64,000 bases of DNA from contig NC_068982.1 of NCBI RefSeq assembly GCF_001194135.2, forward strand, positions 5,077,691 through 5,141,690, given 5' to 3'. The position numbers and the translations under genes were made by a program. Of the stretch, positions 1-11,272 are shown in pieces. The notes beneath the pieces were generated by a model. The model was given only the letters and a program-made list of their open reading frames with translations, made no database searches and was not told the DNA's origin. Source of the stretch: Octopus bimaculoides (taxonomy: Eukaryota). Position 1 is the first letter of the stretch. The number at the start of each line of letters is the position of its first letter.

Positions 1-1160
1 GAGAAAACAAAATGATGCTGAAAGCAAATGATCTTTTAAATATTGAGTGATTGTATGTGCTTACGTTACTGAATAGTTTACCAGAAATTATTAGAAAACT
101 GCATAATATTTCAAACAGCACACATTAATTAAATACCTTAACAAAACTATATGGATATATTCTAAGTAGATACAAACATACAAGAAGACTTCAACAAGCC
201 TTCTTTATCATTTGCTCAATTTACAGTAAACTATACAGATCATTATATTTCAAAACAAACGTAGCTATGTGCCAACACAGCCTTTAGGCATCCTGTGAAG
301 AAAAGCAATCAGACAATATCTGTAGTAATGTCTAATGACTTCCAGAATTGCGACAAATTGTGAAGTAAAAGTTACCATCGAGATGGTTATTCCAAATAGA
401 ACGAATTTAAAATGTTAGAGCTAAGAAAATAAAGGAGAACATTATAAATTGTTTGACCAAATGAATATTCCTAATAATTAGCAAAACCATTTTCTTTAGA
501 AACACAATTCTTTTCAAAATTGCCCAATCATTTGACAATTCATTTCACTTCAAAAGAAATTACAAATACCTTAATAGCCATTCATAAACAAATATGTGGT
601 ATGCAACTTATCGCACATAACAACATATCAACATCATTTGGCAAGAATATCAACTGTCTTCTATAAGAAAGAGAGATATTCGTACACATACATTTGCATA
701 TATGTGTGTTATGTGTGTATGCAAAAAAAAACAAAAAAACAACTAAGATAACATGTAAATGTATACAAACATATACATACGTACACACACACACACACTT
801 TTTTGATATAGGAAAAAGATACTGAACAAAACTGTGAAAGAATAGTAACAAAAACAGAGATATTTAGGAAAATAATGAGACACAAATATAAGGAGAAAAA
901 CACACAAAATTGATATGTAACAAAAGTAGAAACTAAAAGAGAAGTATAAAAAAACAAAAAAGATTGCCTTCACATACTTCCCGCCTCCTCCTCTTACACA
1001 TGCATAAAGATTCTCAGATGCAAAGTGGAAGAGAGGTGGAAGATAGCAGAAGCTAATGGGAATAAGGCAGATGCGATAGTAGCTATTAGAGCTTCAGCAA
1101 TTTGTGTTTAGTAAACATTCATGTGACGTCTAAATGTCTCCACAAGTAGAACAGCCTGCT

Positions 1161-1211
1161 TCAATTCCTGCAGAGCAGTGAGGACCCAGCCCATAAAACA
1201 GTAAACAATAC
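1161..1211 (-). CDS. Candidate terminal coding exon (VLFTVLWAGSSLLCRN*)
   Basis: Acceptor cttttggtttgcag. An alternative phase-1 reading, IVYCFMGWVLTALQELKQAVLLVETFRRHMNVY*, ends at 1108. Confidence 0.2.
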   Translation of the reverse strand, partial: VLFTVLWAGSSLLCRN

Positions 1212-1489
1212 CTGCAAACCAAAAGTAGTAACTGATATCTGCTTCCTATCCTATACTACGAGTCCGTTTCAGCAGATCCAGAAGTAACTCTGCCTCCTAC
1301 ACATGACAGTTTGGCATTCTTCACAGAAATTTACTAGAAATTCACTTAGCAGCTTCTTCAATTGATGCACGGTTTGGAAGAGGAAGACAAAAGGAAGAAG
1401 AAGAAGAAAAAAAAGAACAGCTGCTGGCTTATCTCAAACTTTGAAACTTTTGACATCATTCTGAAAGAAATATGCATGTATGTGTGTAC

Positions 1490-1513
1490 TTAAATATATA
1501 TATGCATATATAT

Positions 1514-1564
<51 letters not shown>

Positions 1565-1785
1565 TATATACATACATATACACACACATACATACATACA
1601 TGTATATACATAGATATACACACACATACATATATATATATACATAGATATACACACACATACATATATATACATAAATATATATATATATACACGTCAC
1701 ACACACACATATATATATACATACAGGTGGTGCTATTCAGTTAGACATGGCCTGGACCAATCTTTGGTCAACACATATCCAAGTT

Positions 1786-1838
<53 letters not shown>

Positions 1839-1865
1839 TATATATGTATGTATGTATATATATAT
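1490..1865. repeat. Compound (TA)n/(CA)n microsatellite (representative of many)
   Basis: Similar tracts occur at about 2120-2180, 3960-4120, 19320-19465, 26010-26260, 27540-27850, 48660-48730, 54555-54630 and 56760-56818. Confidence 0.95.
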
Positions 1866-2039
1866 TTAATATCATCTGGGTAATAACCTCATAACGTGCA
1901 TTTCAAAGCTCCAATACAGTTATCGGCTACCATATGCCATCATACAGCAGGATTACTCCTTTTACTGGATATACATGTGGAAATCTGTTAGTGTTTACAG
2001 AATTTATATAAACATTTATAAAACAAGATGGACCGACCA

Positions 2040-2087
2040 GGCTTTAATCACAAATCACAACAATTGTTGTGATTTGTGATTAAAGCC
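2040..2087. repeat. Perfect spacer-less 48-bp palindrome
   Basis: ggctttaatcacaaatcacaacaa|ttgttgtgatttgtgattaaagcc. Confidence 0.95.
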
Positions 2088-2137
2088 GGTTCATTCAATC
2101 TTTTTGTTTTATACAGTGTGTGTGAGTGTGTATATAT

Positions 2138-2182
<45 letters not shown>

Positions 2183-2489
2183 AGTGTAAATATTATAATA
2201 GTGCATATTGATGTATATAAGAGGGAAAGGCAACAGAGAGAAAATGGCTGTCCAACTGCGGGACATAACCCTCTTCATGTCTAAAGGTGATTCATCAACT
2301 TTGCTCCTCTATCAGTTTTAATATTCATTTTAGTCAGGTGAGTGGATGCAAGCAAAATGAAGTAAAGTACCTTGCCCAAGGGTTCAAAACAAATTCAGGT
2401 TAGGAGGGATTGAACTCAGAAATGTATCTTATGACTAAGAACCCAGTTGCCCAGTTGTATGTGTATGAGAGAGAGTGAAAAAGAGGGGG

Positions 2490-2541
<52 letters not shown>

Positions 2542-2603
2542 AAGAAAGAGAGAAAGAGAAAAAGAGAGAGGGAGCAAGAGTATTGGTAAGAAAATTAACA
2601 ATA

Positions 2604-2817
2604 GGCGGTGAGTTGGCAGAAACGTTAGCACACCAGGTGAAATGCCTAGTGGTATTTCATCTATCTTTACGTTCTGAGTTCAAATTCGTCCGAGGTCGAC
2701 TTTGCTTTTCATCCCTTCGGGGTCGATAAATTAAGTACCAGTTGTGTACTGGGATCAATCTAATCAACTGGTCTCCTCTCCAAAAACTTTGGGCCTTGAG
2801 CCTAGAGTAGAAAAGGA
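2604..2817 (+). mobile_element. tRNA-derived SINE family B (representative)
   Basis: A box tggcagaaacg, B box gagttcaaattc, body cctttcatcc..ggggtcgataaattaagtaccag, tail gcctagagtagaaaag. About 22 copies, e.g. 6990-7208(-), 7222-7438(-), 11290-11487(-), 12065-12302(-), 14170-14388(-), 15205-15390(-), 16370-16555(-), 16600-16815(-), 19880-20065(+), 22218-22601(+, two), 29276-29715(+, two), 32615-32785(-), 33855-34048(+), 50855-51060(-), 58225-58428(+), 58475-58673(-), 61940-62152(+). Confidence 0.85.
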
Positions 2818-3559
2818 TATTAAAACCCTTTTATGATTTCAATAGCTGAAGGCTCAGGAGATGCAACATTTGGTGAATAAAGGGAGTGGATGTTCTCATA
2901 CAGTTTATATTAATTAGTTCTTATAACAGAATTAAAACTCCTCTGACAATCACCATTATAATAGATACCAGTAACATGTGAGAGTGGTCAATTCACATGA
3001 AACATCTATCATTACTAACATGAACAAACAAACAAACAAACAAAAATAGAAAGAAAAAAAAGAAAGAAAACATTAGCTTGAAGCTTAATGAAATGAAATC
3101 ATTATTTTCATCAATATCTAATAGCAGAAAGAAAGGAAGAAAGGAAGAGAATGTGTCTTAGATGCTAATTATATATTCGAAAGACAAGAACAAATCAAGA
3201 TAACTGATGAGATCAATCAGCATCAACATGTTTCAATTATTCACATCAGTGTGCTGCTACTACTGCTGCTGCTGCTGTTAGCAAGGCCACACTGACAAAG
3301 CTAATGAGTTTGATAACATTGACTTTATAGTAGAATGTGCCTTAATCAATGAACATTATCTCGTACTAAATCCATGACAAATCACAGACACTGACAAACT
3401 CCCTTCAATGGTTCTTTTATCAATGACATCAGTGAGATCTTTTAAGATAAATATCAATTTGGCAGCGTAAGGAAAAGAAAGGCAAGGATTTATCTTCGGT
3501 CTTCTCGGTCCTGAATTGATTACAAGGGACAGTTCACTAACACTTTAGATTCTTCACAC

Positions 3560-3770
3560 ATATTTACGGAGACACAAACATTTCCATCTCTCTCCTTCCT
3601 TGCCAAAACATCTGAGAGAATAACATGGAATCGGTGTAGAGGTTTTCAAGAAACAACTTCACCTTCTGCTGTCCAAGGACCCAAATGAACCTGCGTCGTA
3701 GCAAGAAACTCAAAAGAGGGCAGGGTAGCAATATGGAACTCCCTCTTTCACCAAAAGCCAATTATAAAGA
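3560..3770 (+). mobile_element. 3' remnant of a related CR1/L2-like LINE
   Basis: LPKHLRE*HGIGVEVFKKQLHLLLSKDPNEPAS*QETQKRAG shows the same C-terminal motif type as 60727-61080. Confidence 0.55.
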
Positions 3771-3959
3771 ATGGCTATTGAAAAGGTGATAACACTGGTG
3801 GTGCCCCAGTATGGCCACAACTTTTGGGCTGAAATGCATAAATGAATAGAAGAAAGAATAAAAAATACACACACACACACACACAATGACTCAGTTCCAT
3901 ATTATTCAATGTTTTGTGTTTTGTTGGCTTAGATGTGCAAGGGCTCACCTACCTGTACA

Positions 3960-3993
<34 letters not shown>

Positions 3994-4049
3994 CTTGTCT
4001 CTCTATCTATCTGTCTGTCTAACTACCTATCTATCTATTTAATTATCTA

Positions 4050-4124
<75 letters not shown>

Positions 4125-5194
4125 TCTCTGTTTTTACACCATTTCTTTCTCCATATTTTCACGGGTAGACTTTTGCTCGAAGAAATTGTTATTACAGCTG
4201 GACGTCATTCTTTCTGTTAACCACCCAACAAGGAAGTAGGAGAGGAACCTGTTTTTAACCATCAAAATAAAACATTTAGAGCTCAGGGCAATTCTCTTTC
4301 AAGTGCATCATGAGCTTCACAAAGTGAAACACATACTGCACTGCATGCAACCACAAAGACTATAGCAGCACTCTGTATCACACACTCCTTTATACCATTT
4401 GTCTTCATCTGTGGAGACCCCTTCATTAATTATCTACACATCAGACCATTTAAGGGTACCGTTCAATCATTGGGCAATAAACTGTGCTTGTGAAGACCTG
4501 TTGAGGCAAGTGAAGTTGTTGGCATGGCCGATGACAGCACCATCAGATTGGCGCCTGTGCCGGTGGCACGTAAATAGCACCATTTGAGTGTGGTCGATGC
4601 CAGTGCCCTCTGACTGTCTCCCGTGCTGGTGGAACGTAAAAAGCATTATTCGAGGGTGATCAATGCCAGCGCCGCCTGACTGGTCCTGTGCAGGTGGCAC
4701 GTAAAAAGTACCCACTACACTCTCAGAGCGGTTGGTGTTAAGAGCATCCAGCCATAGAAACATTGCCAGATCGGATTGGAGCCTGGTACAACCTTCTGGC
4801 TCGCCAGCCCTCAGTCAAACTGTCCAACCCATGCCAGCAGGGAAAGCGGACGTTAAATGATGATGATGATAATGATGATGACTATCAGAAACTCAGTAGT
4901 AAACAATCTAAGCTCATCAACACTGTCAACTTACCAGCTTATCTTCTGTTGCAACTACATCAATTTGCCATCGCATGTTGCAATGAGCTTTCTCTAAAGC
5001 TGAGCAATCCTTCTTAGCAGAATGTGACACTCAAAGTAGTTTGAATGATGTTAATTTAAATACAAACCCTTAAAGTTTCTCCTCTGGACTCAAGGGAAGT
5101 CCTTTTCTGTTCTATATTTAAGAGATGAAGAATTATGTACATTATTTACATCATTTACATTTGACGGATATTTGTCCTCATCTTGTTTGTTGTT

Positions 5195-5240
5195 AACACA
5201 ATGTTTCGGCTGATATACCCTCCAGCCTTCATCAGGTGTC
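5195..5240 (-). ncRNA. Minimal type-I hammerhead ribozyme motif (family D, copy 1)
   Basis: Minus strand reads gacac-CTGATGA-a-ggctg-gagggtatat-cagcc-GAAA-cat-t-gtgtt. Helix I is gacac/gtgtt and helix II is ggctg/cagcc. Helix III ACGT has decayed to ACAT. Confidence 0.75.
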
Positions 5241-5537
5241 TTGGGGAAATTTCGAACCTGGGTTCCCATTCCTGAGGTCTTTTTCAATGTTATTATTATT
5301 ATTCAGGTCACAGCCTGGAATCTATTACAGGCTGTGACTTGAATAACAACAATAATAATAATAATAATAATAATAACCATAAGAGAATCACAGCAAACTA
5401 CAGCACATACCCAAGGCACACAGAGCTGTGCTCAGTAGTGAAGTGAAAGCACACTATAAAACTACTGAATAATAACAATAATAATAACATCGAAAAATAC
5501 TCTAGGAATGAGAACCCAGGTTTGAAATTTCCCCCAA

Positions 5538-5583
5538 GACACCTGATGAAGGCTGGAGATTATATCAGCCGAAATGTTGTGTT
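5538..5583 (+). ncRNA. Minimal type-I hammerhead ribozyme motif (family D, copy 2)
   Basis: gacac-CTGATGA-a-ggctg-gagattatat-cagcc-GAAA-tgt-t-gtgtt. Same helices as copy 1; helix III ACGT has decayed to ATGT. Confidence 0.75.
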
Positions 5584-5915
5584 AACAACAAACAAGATGA
5601 GGACAAATATCCATCAAACGTAAATAATGTAAGTCCTTTTCTGTGTATTTTTTTTTCCATTTCTAAAGAGAGATTCTTTAAATGAAAGAGTCTAAAGGCA
5701 CAGGAGTGGCTGTGTGGTAAGTAGCTTGCTCACCAACCACATGGTTTTAGGTTCAGTCCCACCGCGTGGCACCTTGAGCAAGTGCCTTCTACTATAGTCT
5801 CAGGCCGACCAAAGCCTTGTGAGTGGATTTGGTAGACGGAAAGTGAAAAAAGNNNNNNNNNNCGACCAAAGCCTTGTGAGTGGATTTGGTAGACGGAAAG
5901 TGAAAAAAGCCCTTC

Positions 5916-5947
<32 letters not shown>

Positions 5948-5954
5948 ATATATG

Positions 5955-6240
5955 CAGAGACCCCCTTCGGTCACGAATGACCATGGGACTACACCTAGAA
6001 AGTTACCATCTGAGGCAAAAGTCCAGGCAAGGTTGTTTATGGAAGGCCAGCAGTTGCCCATGTATATCACCCTCCCCTCTTCACACCACTGATGTTATCC
6101 AAGGGAAAGGCAAAGGCCAATACAGCCTGGCACCAGTGATGTCGAAACTCATTTCTACAGCTGAGTGAACTGGAGCAACATGAAATAAAGTGTCTTGCTC
6201 AAGAACACAACACGCAGCCTGGTCTGGGAATCGAAGTCAG
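5955..6240 (-). mobile_element. SINE-like element with CORE-like segment
   Basis: The minus strand carries ttcttgagcaagacactttatttcatgttgctccagttcactcagctg; the same motif is seen at 17570-17640 and 21985-22045. Confidence 0.55.
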
Positions 6241-6865
6241 AACATGAAGACAGATGAAATGCCGCAACGCATTTTGCCTGGCATGCTGACAATTCTGCCA
6301 ACTTGCCACTTTCCAAAAATACAAATATATTGAAAATCAGATATTTGCAGAAATATTAAGAGACTACACCATAGACAATACAGATGAATCGAAGAATTAA
6401 ATGTAAATATCTTTGATAAGTAAAATTGGATTAAACAATGCTAAACCCAAACAAAAGTGAACTATTGTCACTTGCATATCCAGTCTCCATTTCAGTGTTT
6501 TCCACCTCAAATTTAACCGACATCTCTCAACAAAGGCAAGGGTTATCTTGAAAAGCTAATATAGATATAAATTTTCTGAATGGATAAACCACAAGGCTAC
6601 TAAATCTTGAATTGTGCTTTATTGTGTACATAAATCAAATTCTCAAGGCAACATTTTAAAATATAGTTAAGAATATCTGGGAGGGAAAACGGTTAAATAC
6701 TTAGGCACCAGCAGCCAAGTCCAGCTCGTTATAAACAATTACCGAAGGCAGTGTAATTCTCTATTGTTAACAGCATGAACACAACAAGCCTAATTAATAT
6801 CTTGTTGGCTTGAGGTGTTATAATTCAATTTTTCCCATTAGGAAAGCTGCTTGTGATCAACTCAC

Positions 6866-6906
6866 CTGATAAACAGCGAAAGATTTTATTTTGCATTTGT
6901 TAAATG
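6866..6906 (-). CDS. Candidate internal micro-exon (FNKCKIKSFAVYQ)
   Basis: Acceptor tcgcttttgtag, donor CAG|gtgagt, 41 nt, only phase 1 to 0 open. Confidence 0.25.
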
Positions 6907-7561
6907 CTACAAAAGCGAATGACATGCACTAACCTTATGATTGCAGGATTACCAGGGGACAGCTTACATTTTCTCTTTCATACTATAGAATATTGGTTTC
7001 CAATTCTGGCACAAGGCCAGTAATTTTAGGAGAGGAGTAAGCCAATTACATCGACCCCCACTGCACAACTGGTACTTAGTTTACCAACCCTGAAAGGGTG
7101 AAAGGTAAAGTGGACCTCGGTAGAATTTGAACTCAGAACATAAAGATGGATGAAACGACACTAAGCGTTTTGCCTGGCATGATGATAATTCTGCCAGTTC
7201 AGTGCCTTAGATGTGTATTAATATTGGTTCAAATCCTGGCACAAGGCCAGCAGGTTTGGGGGAGGGGGGAAAGTTGATTACACTGACCCTAGGGCTCAAC
7301 TGGCACTTATTTCATTGACCCCAAAAAGATGAAAGGCAAAGTGGACCTCAGCAGAATTTGAACTCACAGTGTAAAAGCAGACAAAATGCCACTAAGCACT
7401 TTACCGGTGTGCTTAACAATCCTGCTAGCTCACCGCTTTTCCATTTTACAAAACATAAATACTAATAATGCAAGCATGTCGACAGCATTATGTTTTTATA
7501 AAACAAAATAGTCTTATCTCATTTTTCATAAATTCAGCTAATCAAGAAATAAGTGAAAACA

Positions 7562-8041
7562 TTAACCCTTTTGTTACCAATCTACCTGAAACCATCTCTG
7601 GCTCTGAGTACAAATGTCTTGTTTCCATAAGTTCTGAATTAAAATCTTCCACCAAACCTGAGTTACAATTTATGTTCCTAACACTAGCTGAATGATAACT
7701 AAGTTATTTTACTAAATTCTTTGTTATATTTAAAATTAATTGAAAGAAACACGGAGCATTTCAACAGAAATATGGCAACAAAAGGATTAAAATATATAAT
7801 AGAGAAAAAATTCTTAACCCTTTTGATACCAGCCTGCCTAAAACCAGTTCTGGCTCGAAGTACAAATGTCTTGTTTCCATAAGTTCTGAATTAAAATCTT
7901 CCACCAAACCTTAGTCACAATTTATGTTCCTAACACTAGCTGGATGCTAATTAAGATATTTTACTAAATTCTTTTTCATATTTAAAGTAATTGAAAGAAA
8001 CACTGAGCATCTCAAAATAAATATGGTAATGAAAGGGTTAA
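7562..8041. mobile_element. Tandem dimer of a TTAA-flanked (piggyBac-type) MITE
   Basis: Units 7562-7790 and 7814-8041 each begin TTAA-CCCTTTTG[T/A]TACC and end GG[T/C]AA..AAAGG[G/A]-TTAA. They are joined by a 23-nt spacer. Confidence 0.8.
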
Positions 8042-8047
8042 ACTCAC

Positions 8048-8101
8048 TGTAAACAAGATTTGACAGTAATAGTTTAACTGTTGTTTTTTTTTTCCACTCT
8101 G
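8048..8101 (-). CDS. Candidate internal micro-exon (EWKKKTTVKLLLSNLVY)
   Basis: Acceptor ttttcttttcag, donor ACA|gtgagt, 54 nt, open in phase 1 to 1 (also phase 0 to 0). Confidence 0.25.
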
Positions 8102-8304
8102 CTGAAAAGAAAACACTTCAAATATGAAAACTAAATTACAATAACCTGGTATTGTGATGTGTTTCCATATGTTTCTGTCAGAGAAGAGCAGGATTGTTTT
8201 GTCTTGACTCATAATGAATTAATCCACCACTAACCAAAGAGAACAAGAATTTCCCTACCTCTGCATACACAAGCATGCGAGTGTATACACACAGGACATA
8301 TTAA

Positions 8305-8690
8305 CGTGGCACTCCGTCGGTTACGATGACGAGGGTTCCAGTTGATCCGATCAACGGAACAGTCTGCCCGTGAAATTAATGTGCAAGTGGCTGAGCACTC
8401 CACAGATACGTGTACCCTTAACTTAGTTCTCGGGGAGATTCAGTGTGACACAGAGTGTGACAAGGCTGGTCCCTTTGAAAATACAGGTACAACAGAAACA
8501 GGAAGAAAGAGTGAGAGAAAATTGTGGTGAAAGAATACAGTAGGGTTCGCCACCATCCCCTGCCGGAGCCTCATGGAACTTTAGGTGTTTCTACTCAATA
8601 AATACTCACAACGCCCGGTCTGTGAATTGAAACTGCGATCCCATAACTGTGAGTCTGCTGCCCTAACTACTGGGCCATTGTGCCTCCACA
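8305..8690 (-). mobile_element. SINE-like family E
   Basis: The shared block gagcactccacagatacgtgtacccttaac also occurs at about 17405-17715(-) and 54265-54415(+). The tRNA-like head is at the right end. Confidence 0.7.
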
Positions 8691-8823
8691 CAGGACATAT
8701 TATATGCAATGGGAAATATGTTGAATAAAGAAGTGCAGAGAATTGGTAGCAGATGACAAGATAAATGTGTAAGGATGGATTAAGCACGGTTTTGATAATA
8801 AGGATGGATTAAGTAAGGTTTGT

Positions 8824-8879
8824 AATTAACTTTATAAGGTCAAATTTTGTAACCAGAATTTGACCTCATAAAATTAATT
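8824..8879. repeat. Imperfect hairpin, 26-bp arms, 4-nt loop
   Basis: aattaactttataaggtcaaattttg-taac-cagaatttgacctcataaaattaatt. Confidence 0.85.
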
Positions 8880-10699
8880 CTTTCAGATGAAACAATACAA
8901 GAAGGTACATGCAAAGTTAATACAGTGAAACTGAGGGAAAATAGTTTGTTTGTGTATTTGGTTTGCAAAATTCTTAGTGTGAATTCATGTGTTGAAAACA
9001 AATCTTTTTGTGTCTTGGGAGGGCCATTAAGCCAATGATAATGACACACACACTGGTTCAATATCACTTATCTTCAAGAGAGTCATTGAAGAAGTTGCAA
9101 ATAGCAATGAAAGGACTTTGACTAAGAAACAACCAACTGATTGTTTAAACCAGCACATTAAACAAATAATTGGTTAGATATTTAACCAACTGACTAACAA
9201 TAAAAAAGTGATAATGAACCAGTGTGTGTGTGTTTATTATTATTGGTGTAATGACCTTCCCAAAGGACAATGAGAAAAAATAGTTTTGTTATATCAATGA
9301 TGATATTGTCAAATTCATTACATTTCATAATTAACATTTTGTATTTGGGTTAAATATTTCTTTGTAATTTCTAAAAAAACAAAAACAAAATCATAATAGT
9401 AATAAATCGTATGCAGTGTGTACTTTTTGAAAAATTAAAATTCTTGTTTTTCTGAAATTTATCAGAACACAGCAACAAAAAGAAAAAAAGCACAGGTTCT
9501 TGATTTGTTTCTCGTTATATGTTCTCTATATTTGCAATTATTTTAAAACTGTGTTAATGAGTTCTGTTACTAACCCTAGATTGTGATCAATTAATCATTC
9601 AATATATTATTGTTATGCAGAACAAAAATGAAAGCAAAAAAAATATTCATAAATTTGCCCTTAATCCTTTATTACTCGTTAATTAAGCATCATTATCAGT
9701 TTCTGATAATGATACTTTAATTGCAAGCACTTCTAGTTTTCTTTCAATACTCTCAAAGAATTTTTCCTTTCATACCTCCAGTAGATTGACCAATTAATGT
9801 ATATAGCATCAAGCGAATTTTATGAAGTTTTGAATAGATAATTATATTGTTCTCATTCATGCATTAGTAAGTAAAATGGCCTAAAAATAAAACTCAGTGC
9901 ACCTTTCAGAAGATAAAATACACATGATGATAGCAATATATCTATTTGCCAAATTAAGTAAGGCTTAAAAGTAGATTAAATTTCAATTTCAAGGTAAAGA
10001 AAAATAAATTTTGTCTTGTTTCAGGTGAGCTGCATCTGAAGAAGTATCCCAGAATGCAACTGAATCAACCAAGGAGATAAAATTTCTAAACAAAGTCAGC
10101 GAGAATCATAAGAGGTTGTAGAGTTTTCATAATTTCCAGGAAGCTTTCAAATAATAGACTGAGAGAAAAAAAAAGAAAGTTTTATCTCATATTCCAACAC
10201 TTAAATTTATCTTTGAAAACAAGATAGTCTGACTTGACGTGCGAAGTAGTTAAAGTTTTAGATTACTAGCTAATAATAGGTCTACATTTAAACCTTGAAA
10301 CAGGTTCAATATCAGTTCTTGTACAAGAAACTATATTTACATAGTTAAAACTTCTACTTCTACCGTATAATATTTTAGAGGCTAAAATTGTGAATCGGTA
10401 AGTGAGATAGAGCATTTTATTTTCAGCTGAACAATCTTAATTTTATAGTATTGAGATTCTAGCCATGGCATGCTATAGACAGATAGCCCACACAACTTAA
10501 TGACGGTAGTAAGAAAGTTTAAAACTATAGCAGATTTTAAACTGAATCACCAGATAGCCAAGCATACACCACAATGAGATCCGTTGTTTCACACGATCAA
10601 CCAGTTAACTGACCAATCTGCATCAAGCCATCACATGATTTGACTTTCTAGAACTTTCTCATTGAACCCTACTAAAAGTTACTTTTTGGTGGTAATCCC

Positions 10700-11272
10700 A
10701 GAATGTGAGGCAACTGTTCCCAGCATGTTGAAGCACTGCCCTGATGTCTCCGTTCTCACGGCAGTTTAGAAGATGCAGATTTTGTCATCACGAGTATAGT
10801 GCAATTATTTTGCAGTCGCAATGGGCCAACCACAAATTGATACATATCAGTTAGTTTGTCATGGATCTCAGTAATATGTCTCTCCCAATGTATAAATGAT
10901 ACTGTTATTTCCATACCAACACCAACACAGAAAACACTATGTGCAGTAAATAAGTCTTCTGTTAATTGTATGTGAGTGTTGTTAATTACTTCTTCACGCA
11001 GCCCTTTAAAGACATCTTCATTCTCCACCAAAATCAAAATTCACAAATGACACCTTTGCAACAAAACAAATGACCATGTTGTCAGTTGTTAAGCAGCTTA
11101 ATTTGATAAGCATTATGTCTACAAGTTTCCAAATATACTTTTTTGTACGGTAAGCATAACAGAAAGAAGAGCAAACTTGTACAGAAAGAGCCCTTTTACA
11201 TTTAGAAAATGTGTTGCGTTCTTTGAGCAGATTTTTTTCTGTATTTTTTACTGAATTCCTATCAAAATTCAA
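10700..11272 (-). pseudogene. Decayed coding remnant, tentatively IS630/Tc1-like transposase
   Basis: Two adjacent non-repetitive ORFs (84 and 93 aa) in different frames, plus the third-frame segment TAVRTETSGQCFNMLGTV. The resemblance is by eye only. Confidence 0.25.

Larger units (their letters stand above)
5111..5630. mobile_element. Fold-back insertion of two head-to-head, 5'-truncated copies of the tRNA-headed/hammerhead-tailed element (family D)
   Basis: 5111-5322 is the reverse complement of the 5465-5630 type sequence (aggaatg[a/g]gaacccaggtt...ccccaagacacctgatgaaggctg...ggacaaatatcc...aaataatgt). The direct repeat aagtccttttctgt flanks it at 5097-5110 and 5631-5644. Confidence 0.8.

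Noticed and set aside
582-1744. ORFs rich in Y/I/C/V/H/T
   Set aside because: Translations of (TA)n/(CA)n microsatellites; the same applies to similar ORFs throughout the window.
5806-5909. 47-bp direct repeat
   Set aside because: Identical sequence on both sides of a 10-N gap: an unmerged contig overlap artefact.
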